The notes under the pieces: model-generated | What the model was told of the DNA's origin: nothing | Databases searched by the model: none | Seen by the model: only the letters and a program-made list of their open reading frames with translations | Program-made: the position numbers and the translations under genes | Source: an uncultured Gammaproteobacteria bacterium | GTDB taxonomy: Bacteria; Patescibacteriota; Patescibacteriia; Magasanikbacterales; GCA-002688135 | Direction of reading: 5' to 3' | DNA: 64,000 bases | NCBI GenBank assembly: GCA_964536205.1 | Contig: CAZHVT010000006.1 | Span: 8,623-72,622 of the forward strand | Shown here: in pieces, positions 47,476 through 56,249 of the stretch | Layout: each line of letters begins with the position of its first letter | How positions within the stretch are numbered: position 1 is the first letter of the stretch

Positions 47476-49213
47476 AATAGTATTACTTACGCTTGAATAC
47501 CCTCCATTCAAAGGAGGTGTGGCGGAATATTTAGGGGGCCTACGAAATGCATGTGACGAAGCTGGTCACGAATTTTTTGTCCTTGCACCACGTGGGGTGC
47601 ATGGTGAGGCATCTGAAGCTCACATCGAAACTCCATTCTTTTCAAAATTTATATGGCCGCGATGGCTGCTTCCTGCATTTCGATTGGCACAGAGAGTGCG
47701 AGATATCAAACCTGATTATGTGATGATTAGTCATGTGCTTCCGGTCGGTTTGATGGCGATGATTATTAAACGCCTGACTGGGATTCCATATATTAGTGTT
47801 GTGCATGGTTTGGATATAGCGAAACCGAAAGGAATTAAGCGATGGCTTATCAAACATGTTTTGAAGCGTTCTGCATTAATTATTTGTAATAGTAACAATA
47901 CAAAGAGGATTGCCGATTCTTATAACGTCGGTACAGATTCTCAAGTTGTGTATCCCGGGATTGTTCCGTTTGATCCGATTGTGTCTGCTCGTGAGGGGTA
48001 TCGGATTTTGAGTGTTGGGAGACTAGTTGAACGAAAGGGTTTTGATACATTGATTTGTGCCATGCCGAATGTCTTGAAGAAATGCCCTGATGCTCATCTC
48101 ACTATTGCGGGAGATGGTCCGCAGCGTGAAGATTTAGAAGGACTTGTCGATTCATTAGATTTGAGAGAGTCTATAACATTTGAAGGTTCTGCAGAACGTG
48201 ATCGATTGCATGCGTTGTATTCACGAAGTGATTTGTTTTGTTTGTTGCCGAGAGAAATTGACGGAGATGTTGAAGGCTTTGGAATTGTGTTTTTAGAAGC
48301 TGCGATGCACAGCTTGCCGGCTGTTGCCGGAGGTTCTGGTGGAGTGAGTGAAGCTGTGCAACATGATGTTTCTGGATTTGTGTGTGATCCAACTCATTCT
48401 GATTCGATTTCTGATCGTATTATTACGTTGCTTTCAAATGAATCAATGAGTGTTCAAATGGGAATAGATGCGCGTGAGCGAGTTTTGGAGAATTTTACTT
48501 GGGATGTAACTGCTCAACCTCTTTTGAATTGGCTGCAGCAGGAGAAAGTTTCTGTGATTATTCCTGTTTTTAATCACGCGGATGAGTTGGAGAAATGTTT
48601 AGAAAGTGTTTTTATTCAGAGTTATAAAAATATTGAAGTGATTGTTGTTGATGATGGGAGTGAGATCCCAATAGTGAACGATGATCCTCGAGTAAAACTT
48701 ATTCGACAGGAAAACAAAGGAGCGCCTGCTGCACGAAATACAGGATTTCGAAATTCAAATGGAGAGTATGTGATTTTTTGTGATGCTGACGTTGCCATGA
48801 AATCTGATATGTTGCAGCGCATGATGAGTGCGTTACATTCATCTGATGCAGCGTATGCGTATTCATCATTTTATTTCGGATTTAAAAAGTTTGCGGTTTC
48901 AGAATTTGATGCATCTCTACTCAAGAATGAAAATTATATTCATACGACGTCTTTGATTCGTCGGAGTGATTTTCCTGGATTTGATGAGTCTTTGAATCGA
49001 TTTCAGGATTGGGATTTGTGGTTGAGTATGCTTGAGCAGAACAAAAAAGGAGTTGGGATTTCTGAAGTGTTATTTTCTGTGAAACCACGCAAACTCGGCA
49101 TGAGTCATTGGCTTCCACGCTTTGCATATAGATTTTCAAAACTTCCGCAAGTAAAATCGTATAACGATGCGAAGCAAGTCATTAATACAAAACATTCGTT
49201 ACATGAAGCGTAA
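47468..49213 (+). CDS. bifunctional glycosyltransferase: N-terminal GT4 (GT-B) domain fused to C-terminal GT2 (GT-A) domain
   Basis: GT4 motif EGFGIVFLEAAMHSLPAVAG. GT2 motif VSVIIPVFNHADELEKCLESV...VVDDGS with DAD. Confidence 0.7.
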   Translation: MARIVLLTLEYPPFKGGVAEYLGGLRNACDEAGHEFFVLAPRGVHGEASEAHIETPFFSKFIWPRWLLPAFRLAQRVRDIKPDYVMISHVLPVGLMAMIIKRLTGIPYISVVHGLDIAKPKGIKRWLIKHVLKRSALIICNSNNTKRIADSYNVGTDSQVVYPGIVPFDPIVSAREGYRILSVGRLVERKGFDTLICAMPNVLKKCPDAHLTIAGDGPQREDLEGLVDSLDLRESITFEGSAERDRLHALYSRSDLFCLLPREIDGDVEGFGIVFLEAAMHSLPAVAGGSGGVSEAVQHDVSGFVCDPTHSDSISDRIITLLSNESMSVQMGIDARERVLENFTWDVTAQPLLNWLQQEKVSVIIPVFNHADELEKCLESVFIQSYKNIEVIVVDDGSEIPIVNDDPRVKLIRQENKGAPAARNTGFRNSNGEYVIFCDADVAMKSDMLQRMMSALHSSDAAYAYSSFYFGFKKFAVSEFDASLLKNENYIHTTSLIRRSDFPGFDESLNRFQDWDLWLSMLEQNKKGVGISEVLFSVKPRKLGMSHWLPRFAYRFSKLPQVKSYNDAKQVINTKHSLHEA

Positions 49214-50660
49214 AATTTTCACAGCTATTTTACTTATTGCATTACTGGAGGCAACCTCACTCCTTGCTTTTTTCCATCCGCAAACCGAAATCTATAGTTT
49301 AGGTTTGTTCGGTTTGATTGCTGCTTTGCTTACGTACAGAAAGCTTGAGCATGGTCTTTTTCTGATTTTTGGTGAGTCGATTGTGAGCTCGTTTGGGCGA
49401 ATGCTCTCGTATGAAACTCTTTCATTGCGCATGTTGTTATTTTTTGTGGTTTTGTTTGTATGGTCTGTAAAACATGTTCCGACCTCGACACAGGGACGCA
49501 AAAAATTGGCCAAGGATTTTAATTCATCTGGCATAAGTTCGCCTCTTTTTGTTTTGTTGATACTTTTAGCGATCGCGTTTCAGCATGGTGTTTTTGCTGG
49601 AAGGGATATCATGACAGTTTTCAATGATTTTAATGGATATTTGTTTTTACTGCTTTTCATTCCTATCGCGACGATGAAATTCTCTGAATCGTCTTTTTCT
49701 TATTTCACTCGATTCATGACTATTGCGCTTTCATGGTTGATCGTTAAAAGTCTGATTATTTTCACTTATTTCTCTCATGTCTCACAACCATTTTTTGATT
49801 CTTGGTTTTACATTTGGCTCCGGGATATGCGTGTCGCTGAAATTACTCCATATGGAGATGGATTGGTTCGTGTGTTTTTGCAATCCCATATTTTTGTTGC
49901 TTTGGTATTTATTGTACTTGTTACGTTGCCCTCAAAATATAGGCCAAAGCATTTTACAAAACTACTGCTTGGTGTGACTTCTGTTGTTATGTTAAGTCTC
50001 TCTAGAAGTATGTGGCTGGGAGTTGGTTTTGTTTGTGTATGCCTTGTTGTGTGGCTCATCTATCGCAAGAAACTTGGATTAGTAAAGCGCATGAGTGTCA
50101 TAGGATTTTCTTCTATTCTTCTTGGATATGTCGTGATTCATGCGTTGTATATTTTGCCGTTTGGAGTGCATGAGAATCGTGCTCCACTTCATACATTGTT
50201 TACGCAACGAGTTCAGGCGATTGATTCTGAAGTTGCGGCGGCGAGTCGTTGGGAGCAGCTTCCTATTTTGTGGCGTGCTGTTACAGAAAAACCGATTCTT
50301 GGTCACGGATTTGGGAAATCTCTTATTATTAAAAATCCTCATGATTCATCGGTCAAAGAAGAGCGAACTGCGTTTGAGTGGGGATGGTTGGATATTTGGA
50401 TTAAGGCTGGGATATTGGGGGTGCTTACGTATGTGTGGCTTTTGTACAAAGTCATGAGAAGTGTATATCGATTACAATTGCCAAAAGGAAACTGCCAAGT
50501 TAAGCGCGGATTGGTTTGTACGGTTTTAGCCCTAATTATCACTAATATTTTCACTCCATATTTAAATCATCCTTTAGGAATTGGTGTTTTATCAATGATT
50601 TTTCTAACTGCGTTATTGTTGCGAAGTGGTTTACAGAATCACAATACTAAAATTACATAA
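49203..50660 (+). CDS. O-antigen polymerase/ligase-like (Wzy_C-type) polytopic membrane protein
   Basis: The ORF is trimmed to the ATG at 49203 (11-nt overlap with the upstream GT). Multiple TM helices with a large loop. Confidence 0.55.
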   Translation: MKRKIFTAILLIALLEATSLLAFFHPQTEIYSLGLFGLIAALLTYRKLEHGLFLIFGESIVSSFGRMLSYETLSLRMLLFFVVLFVWSVKHVPTSTQGRKKLAKDFNSSGISSPLFVLLILLAIAFQHGVFAGRDIMTVFNDFNGYLFLLLFIPIATMKFSESSFSYFTRFMTIALSWLIVKSLIIFTYFSHVSQPFFDSWFYIWLRDMRVAEITPYGDGLVRVFLQSHIFVALVFIVLVTLPSKYRPKHFTKLLLGVTSVVMLSLSRSMWLGVGFVCVCLVVWLIYRKKLGLVKRMSVIGFSSILLGYVVIHALYILPFGVHENRAPLHTLFTQRVQAIDSEVAAASRWEQLPILWRAVTEKPILGHGFGKSLIIKNPHDSSVKEERTAFEWGWLDIWIKAGILGVLTYVWLLYKVMRSVYRLQLPKGNCQVKRGLVCTVLALIITNIFTPYLNHPLGIGVLSMIFLTALLLRSGLQNHNTKIT

Positions 50661-50696
50661 ATACCGGTTTTTAGATATGTTGGATCTCCATGAGCA

Positions 50697-50725
50697 TTGA
50701 CAAAACCGGTTTTTTGTGTTATTAT
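50697..50725 (+). promoter_or_regulatory. promoter A: TTGACA-17-TATTAT, with AACCGGTT palindromes at 50663-50670 and within the spacer
   Basis: Consensus hexamers. Near-identical to the promoter at 51470-51498 and related to the one at 60962-60995. Confidence 0.55.
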
Positions 50726-50826
50726 GTTCGTAATTCTTGGGTGTATATCCAAGTCGTTGCCGAAAGGTAATTAGGGTGTTTGCTTGCGCATCTTCATTGC
50801 AAGTGTTCTTTTAAAGGAGTAGATGT

Positions 50827-51387
50827 ATGTCTACGGGAATGATGGGCTTCATGCCGAGTAATTGTCAGAACTGCAGTGATACCCGATGTGGTGGGAATTG
50901 TCATTCCTCCTATGATTTGGGTCCGTGCCCCATCTGTTGTCGTACGCGCTGTAATGACGCGAGTCACCTGACTGTTTTGCAGTTCGGAGGCGAAGGCGGT
51001 GGCGGAGGGAAAAGCATTGTGAGTCCCGGTGGTCCAACAGGAAAGCGTCCGGAGAAGTGGTGGAAACTCGAGAGTTGGTGGTATCGCTTTGTGAATTTCT
51101 GCATCGTCAAGGGGCCCAATGAGATGTCTCTCATGATGAGCAATCACGGCGATCGAGATCCGCTCAAGGCCACACGGGTTCAGTTCTTCATCGCGCCAGC
51201 GGGAAAGGAGCAGGAAGCTTGTGGGATGCTGTGCCAGATCAAAGGACTGACTCACAGCGAGTTCCTTCATGGATGGGAGATTACTGGTAGTGCGCTGATC
51301 AATGGCACCGGCGATATCGATGCTGCGGTTGACTTCCACGCCACCTACAACCACCAGACGCGAATTGGCACACTAATATTCATGTAA
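50827..51387 (+). CDS. small protein family member 1 (186 aa): Cys-rich N-terminus + Gly-rich linker + conserved ~110-aa C-terminal domain (WW..WW...IVKGPNEM...)
   Basis: SD ggagtag. GC ~52% versus ~38% for its neighbours. Paralog of 51567..51998. Confidence 0.6.
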   Translation: MSTGMMGFMPSNCQNCSDTRCGGNCHSSYDLGPCPICCRTRCNDASHLTVLQFGGEGGGGGKSIVSPGGPTGKRPEKWWKLESWWYRFVNFCIVKGPNEMSLMMSNHGDRDPLKATRVQFFIAPAGKEQEACGMLCQIKGLTHSEFLHGWEITGSALINGTGDIDAAVDFHATYNHQTRIGTLIFM

Positions 51388-51407
51388 TCGACGGTACGCC
51401 GTCACAA

Positions 51408-51445
51408 AGACCCTCGCATGGGATATGCGGGGGTCTAGTTTTTTA
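51408..51445 (+). terminator. rho-independent terminator (agaccctcgcatgggatatgcgggggtct + T-run), duplicated at 52012-52049
   Basis: Read directly. Confidence 0.7.
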
Positions 51446-51469
51446 TATAATTTAGCTACTGCTCTGGGG

Positions 51470-51498
51470 TTGACAGATGCGGCTTTTTCTGCTATTAT
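51470..51498 (+). promoter_or_regulatory. promoter B: TTGACA-17-TATTAT (paralogous copy of promoter A)
   Basis: Identical hexamers and the same gtt after the -10. The downstream UTR element gtgttcttttaa..ggagtagaYgtATGtct is conserved. Confidence 0.55.
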
Positions 51499-51566
51499 GT
51501 TGTTATCTTTGAGTGTTCTTTTAACCGCACTGGTGTATTCCAGTGCTTGCACATAGGAGTAGACGT

Positions 51567-51998
51567 ATGTCTAACGAAACCCCTTTTTGGATGACGGAAG
51601 AAGGTAAGTCTGGGATCGCGGCCATGAAAGAGAGTCCTACTGCGAAGCCTGCCCAAGATGGTCAGCGCTGGTGGGTTAAGCAAAACTGGTGGGAGACCTG
51701 TAAGAGTTTTCATATCGTTGGAGAAGGTCCCAATGAGATGAAGCTGTCGATGTCACTGTTTGGTCCGCGCGACGTGCAGGCTTGCACCACGGTGTATTTC
51801 AAGATTCGTCCCACATCTGGTCCGGATCTTTCTCACCGGCGGTTTGTTTGTCTCATCGACGGCATCCGTCATTCTGCCTTTCCTGATACGTGGGAATTGA
51901 CCGGCCTCGCGCATGTTGGTGCACGGTGGATTCCGTTCACCGCTGATTACTCGATCCCCAACAAGAGAACCGGGATGATCATTCTCAACCCGAGCTAA
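51567..51998 (+). CDS. small protein family member 2 (143 aa): low-complexity N-terminus + the same conserved C-terminal domain (WWVKQNWW...IVGEGPNEM...)
   Basis: The ORF is trimmed to the ATG at 51567 to match the conserved SD/start context of member 1. Confidence 0.55.
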   Translation: MSNETPFWMTEEGKSGIAAMKESPTAKPAQDGQRWWVKQNWWETCKSFHIVGEGPNEMKLSMSLFGPRDVQACTTVYFKIRPTSGPDLSHRRFVCLIDGIRHSAFPDTWELTGLAHVGARWIPFTADYSIPNKRTGMIILNPS

Positions 51999-52011
51999 GG
52001 CTCACGAACAA

Positions 52012-52049
52012 AGACCCTCGCAGGGATATGCGGGGGTCTAGTTTTTTTT
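52012..52049 (+). terminator. rho-independent terminator (second copy)
   Basis: agaccctcgcagggatatgcgggggtct + T8. Confidence 0.7.
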
Positions 52050-52053
52050 ACAA

Positions 52054-52089
52054 ATATCAGTACCGGGTACTAGTACCCGGTACTGATAT
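52054..52089. repeat. perfect 36-bp palindrome ATATCAGTACCGGGTACTAGTACCCGGTACTGATAT abutting the fmt stop
   Basis: Read directly. It sits between convergent gene ends. Confidence 0.8.
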
Positions 52090-53025
52090 TTAGGAGGGGA
52101 GACCGTAGCCGTTAAGGTATTGTTCTCCGGTTATCCATTTTTTTCCTTCTGGCTGCACTTCATCTAGTACTAATGCATCGCCACCACATTGTACGGCAAT
52201 CGACCCCTCGTGTTCAAAATACTCTCCAGGTTTTCCATCTCGTCCGATATTTCGGGCGCTTTTTATTTTTAATCGTTTTCCATTTATCATGCAATATGTT
52301 CCAGGCTCTGGATTGAGTGCGCGGATGCGCCGTTCTAAACTTACTGCATCCTTATCCCAAAACAATGATCCGTCATTTGTAGTTATCATTTTGGTGAAAG
52401 AAGCCTTGTTGTGATTTTGCTCAACCGGTTTTAATGTTCCGTTTATGTATAGTGCCAAAGCTTCTGGAATGATGTTTGCAGATAGTCGAGAGAGTGTATC
52501 TGATAATTCCTGATATGTTTCGTTTCCATTTAATTTGTATTCCATTTGCGTCAGAATTGGTCCGTGATCCATTTGCTCATCAATCAACATGATACTCGTT
52601 CCGGTTTTATGATTACCTTTTAAAATTGCGTATTGGATTGGTGCTGGGCCGCGGTATTCTGGGAGTAGGGAAGGGTGAACATTTACAGTTTTAAACTTCG
52701 GCATGTTGAGTAGATTGTCTGGGATGAGTTTTCCGTATGCGACCACACATGCAATATCCGCATTCATTTTTTTTATCTGTTCATCAATTGAACCATCTTT
52801 GAGTGATTCTGGTTGTAGCGGCAAAATTGATTTTGTTTTTGACCATTCTTTGACAGGAGATTCCTTCAGCTCTTTTTTTCGTCCGGCTGGTTTGTCTGGT
52901 TGTGTAATCACTCCGATAATATAGAACCGTTGATCATTTGCGATGGATTCAAAAATCGGGACTGCAAAATCTGATGTCCCGATGAGTAGAATATTTATTA
53001 TGTCAGAGGAGTGATTGTTTTTCAT
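52090..53025 (-). CDS. fmt: methionyl-tRNA formyltransferase
   Basis: Formyltransferase N-terminal domain (ILLIGTSDFAVPIF; HPSLLPEYRG) and C-terminal domain. Overlaps def by 23 nt. Confidence 0.85.
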   Translation of the reverse strand: MKNNHSSDIINILLIGTSDFAVPIFESIANDQRFYIIGVITQPDKPAGRKKELKESPVKEWSKTKSILPLQPESLKDGSIDEQIKKMNADIACVVAYGKLIPDNLLNMPKFKTVNVHPSLLPEYRGPAPIQYAILKGNHKTGTSIMLIDEQMDHGPILTQMEYKLNGNETYQELSDTLSRLSANIIPEALALYINGTLKPVEQNHNKASFTKMITTNDGSLFWDKDAVSLERRIRALNPEPGTYCMINGKRLKIKSARNIGRDGKPGEYFEHEGSIAVQCGGDALVLDEVQPEGKKWITGEQYLNGYGLPS

Positions 53026-53512
53026 CAGTATCTTTATCTAAATAGTCTGCTTTGTCGATGAATAGAATTCCATCGAGATGATCAATTTCGTGTTGTGTAA
53101 CTCTTGAGAGCCATCCTTTGGCTTTTATCTTTACTTTTTTTCCATTCTCATCCAGAGCTTTAATGTGCACTGCTTTTGGTCGCGTTACTGGCCCAAATAC
53201 ATTTGGAACAGACAAGCATCCTTCCTGCATACTAATCGTAGTTTTGGAATTCCACGTAATTTCCGGATTGATCAAAACACGAGGATTTTTTCCTACATCA
53301 GAAACGAAACAAATTCTTTTTTGCACACCAACCTGCGGAGCTGCTATTCCAATTCCATCATCTTCGAGCATTGTTTTGTATAGTTCTGATAGGAATTTTT
53401 TCATTTTATCAGTTTGCAATTCTTCTATCGAAACAGCCTCCGAAACTTCTCGGAGTTGTGGGTTAGGATCTGTGAGAACTTTGAGTCCTTTTTTTGCTGG
53501 TTGTATCGTCAT
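53003..53512 (-). CDS. def: peptide deformylase
   Basis: Motifs GIGIAAPQVG, EGCLS and QHEIDHLDG. Confidence 0.9.
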   Translation of the reverse strand: MTIQPAKKGLKVLTDPNPQLREVSEAVSIEELQTDKMKKFLSELYKTMLEDDGIGIAAPQVGVQKRICFVSDVGKNPRVLINPEITWNSKTTISMQEGCLSVPNVFGPVTRPKAVHIKALDENGKKVKIKAKGWLSRVTQHEIDHLDGILFIDKADYLDKDTDEKQSLL

Positions 53513-53520
53513 AATCGCGA

Positions 53521-55317
53521 CTAGGATAACAGAGAATTTGGGTCAATGTCAACCTTCATGCCTTGCTTCAAAAGTGGTGTGATTTCCTGTGCCTGCTTCC
53601 ACCATGCGTTAGGATCTAGCTTACACAAAACTGCATATCGTTTATTTTTTCCTCGCGTTTCAGGCAGTAGAGGGTAAGACATTACCTCAATTCCTTTTAG
53701 ATTCTGCGAGATTGTTTGCACTAATTTATTCATTGTCGCTATTGCTTGCGGAGCCTCGAGTGATATCTTCATCAATTTTGAGTGCGGAGGATATTTCAGT
53801 TGTTTTCTAACTGCGTTTTCCGATTTGAGAAATGGTTGAAGTTTTCCGGAAATAAGTGCTTCAAATACAGCGTGATCTGGGGCATGTGTTTGAATAATAA
53901 AACTTCCATCGTTTGATTGCGCGATTCCATTCATTGTTGCAAATAATGCCAAACCTCGCTCTGCAGCATTATATTCGGGGATATTTAATATATGATCTGC
54001 ATCAACAACTCCGAATAATGTAACGCCGAAATCGTGGATGTATGGAATTGCTGCTGTTGTTCCGATGATTATCAACGGCTTATCTAGTGTAATGTTTTTT
54101 TGTTTTTCATCTGCCGTCCATTCGATAACATGCACCTTGTCTCCGAATTGTTTGCCAGCCCAATGCGCGATCTGTTGGATCCCTGCTCCTTGATAGCGAA
54201 GTGTTATGCCGCTACATTTATGGCAATTTGTAGGAACTTCTACCGCGCTTTTGCAATGTCTGCATAAAGCTTTGTTATCACCGAGCGTGTAGGGTAGAAA
54301 ACATGAGACGCATGAAAATATGTATCCACAATCTCTACAGCGAAGCATTTGCGCAAATCCTTTTTTATTTATGAATAGAAATACTGATTCTTCCTTCTCA
54401 ATACTTTCGTGCATGTGGCGATCCAATGTAGAACTTATGATCTCGTAATTTCCTGCGCCGCGTTCTTTTGTCATGTTTGCAATGGTGATGTTGGTTGGCT
54501 TGCGTTTTCCGATTTGAGACAGATTTTTTTTTGAGACGCTGTTTATGGTTGTGAACTTTGGCGTTCGACTGAAATACGTAACATCTGCCCCTAATCGTTC
54601 TGCGATATCATGTACACGATAGCGCGGGGCTTGATCCCAGCTTTTGTGATCTTGCCATTCTTCATCTATCACAATAACTTTTTCAAGATTATATAGAGGG
54701 AGAAATGCAGCAGATCTTGTCCCAATCACAACTTGTTCACCATTTCGCACTTTCAACCATGCCTCTCGTTTTTCTTTTACCGACATCGTACTCTCCCACG
54801 AAACTGCACTAAAATGTAGATGCCTCATTTCAAGTAGTTGTGTGATTTGTGGGACAAGAATCAAAATTTGTCCGGTAGCTTTTTTAATTTCTTCTTTGAT
54901 CATCTTATGATACGACTTTACATCCGTGTATCGTACGACTTTCTTGCTTCCTGATTTTGTATTGTGTTTTATGGGTAAAAGCTCGACTTTTGTCAGAGAT
55001 CTTTTTTGTAATGAGGGAAGCATCATGGTGATAATGACACTTGGCGCAACTCCATATACACGAGCAACTTCGTTAGCGAATTTCACAGCGCGTCCTGACA
55101 AGAAAGGGGTTTGATTGAGAAGTCTTGTGATTGGTTTCAGTTTCCCTTTGTGTATTGATGTGTCTGTTGTGCCAGATACACATCCCAAAATCGAACTTGA
55201 TCGAAATGGAATTTCTACCAGTTGTCCAACCTCAACTTTCATTCCCTCTGGAATTGCATAATCAAAATATCCCATTTTCATGGGCATGCGTTTGAGTGGG
55301 ATGATGTGTGCGATCAT
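53521..55317 (-). CDS. priA: primosomal protein N' (replication restart helicase PriA), short form
   Basis: Superfamily-2 helicase core with the PriA-type Cys-rich zinc insertion CRDCGYIFSCVSC...CRHC...CHKC. Confidence 0.8.
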   Translation of the reverse strand: MIAHIIPLKRMPMKMGYFDYAIPEGMKVEVGQLVEIPFRSSSILGCVSGTTDTSIHKGKLKPITRLLNQTPFLSGRAVKFANEVARVYGVAPSVIITMMLPSLQKRSLTKVELLPIKHNTKSGSKKVVRYTDVKSYHKMIKEEIKKATGQILILVPQITQLLEMRHLHFSAVSWESTMSVKEKREAWLKVRNGEQVVIGTRSAAFLPLYNLEKVIVIDEEWQDHKSWDQAPRYRVHDIAERLGADVTYFSRTPKFTTINSVSKKNLSQIGKRKPTNITIANMTKERGAGNYEIISSTLDRHMHESIEKEESVFLFINKKGFAQMLRCRDCGYIFSCVSCFLPYTLGDNKALCRHCKSAVEVPTNCHKCSGITLRYQGAGIQQIAHWAGKQFGDKVHVIEWTADEKQKNITLDKPLIIIGTTAAIPYIHDFGVTLFGVVDADHILNIPEYNAAERGLALFATMNGIAQSNDGSFIIQTHAPDHAVFEALISGKLQPFLKSENAVRKQLKYPPHSKLMKISLEAPQAIATMNKLVQTISQNLKGIEVMSYPLLPETRGKNKRYAVLCKLDPNAWWKQAQEITPLLKQGMKVDIDPNSLLS

Positions 55318-56111
55318 TAGTGTAGTTTAAAAAGAGTAGTAATGTGTCCGACGCCGTGCGGTGCTTCGTATGATAGAACTTTCGGTTTTGTTTTTACTCG
55401 GTTGAGCATTCCAAATAACATCAATAATGGACCATACGCGCATGTTGCTGCATCTTCAACTAACTGTGACTTCATGTTTATCAAGTCACTCGTATGTGTT
55501 TCTTTTAAAATCTCTTGAATTTTTTTATCGAACTTCTCTGCGTTTTTGTTAAATCCTGCGGGAGATGAAGTTGTAAGTGCGTGTGATAAGTCTGCGGAAG
55601 CCAACACGCCCATTCGTTTATTTGATTGCATTGCGATACCTTTCAGAATGTAACCGCAATCTATATGAGCTTGAGCGTTGAGTTGAGATGATCGAACGAT
55701 AATAATTTTTGTATGTTTCAATGCATCGATGAAATGGAGCAGAGGAATCGCAGCCGCATAATCACATTCACCAGAACCGTCGATCATAAATGGAACGCTT
55801 TCTTTTTTTCCAGCCTCTCGAATATTTGAGACGACATGTGTATCAACTTTGAATGTTCCTTCCGTAATCAAATCTCCAAAACTTTTTAAATCGATGTGTA
55901 ATTCTGGATGACCTGAAATTGCAAATGAGTGTGCGCGCTGTGGGCCATGTGGCGATAAAACAAACAGTGTATCCAGTTGTGCGATATACAATTCTTTTTT
56001 TATTTTCTTCAGCGATGCCAGTGTATCATCAAAATCACCGACAGCCTTTTTGCCGATGACTTTATGTAATAGTGGAGAGTGTGGTACGACAGCTGCGAAG
56101 TGTAAACTCAT
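55317..56111 (-). CDS. class III extradiol dioxygenase (LigB)/MEMO1-family-like protein
   Basis: N-terminal AVVPHSPLL resembles the LigB-family HIPAL motif, and conserved His residues are present (LSPHGP, ADLSHAL). The assignment rests on these motifs only. Confidence 0.45.
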   Translation of the reverse strand: MSLHFAAVVPHSPLLHKVIGKKAVGDFDDTLASLKKIKKELYIAQLDTLFVLSPHGPQRAHSFAISGHPELHIDLKSFGDLITEGTFKVDTHVVSNIREAGKKESVPFMIDGSGECDYAAAIPLLHFIDALKHTKIIIVRSSQLNAQAHIDCGYILKGIAMQSNKRMGVLASADLSHALTTSSPAGFNKNAEKFDKKIQEILKETHTSDLINMKSQLVEDAATCAYGPLLMLFGMLNRVKTKPKVLSYEAPHGVGHITTLFKLH

Positions 56112-56249
56112 ATAGATTAATTACCAATGACCAAATAACCATGACCAAACAAATCTCAAATATCAATTTTAATTCTCAAACGTCGCGTTTTTGGAGTTTG
56201 TATTTTTGGAATTTGCTTGAGATTTGTGATGTGATACTTGTTATTTATT

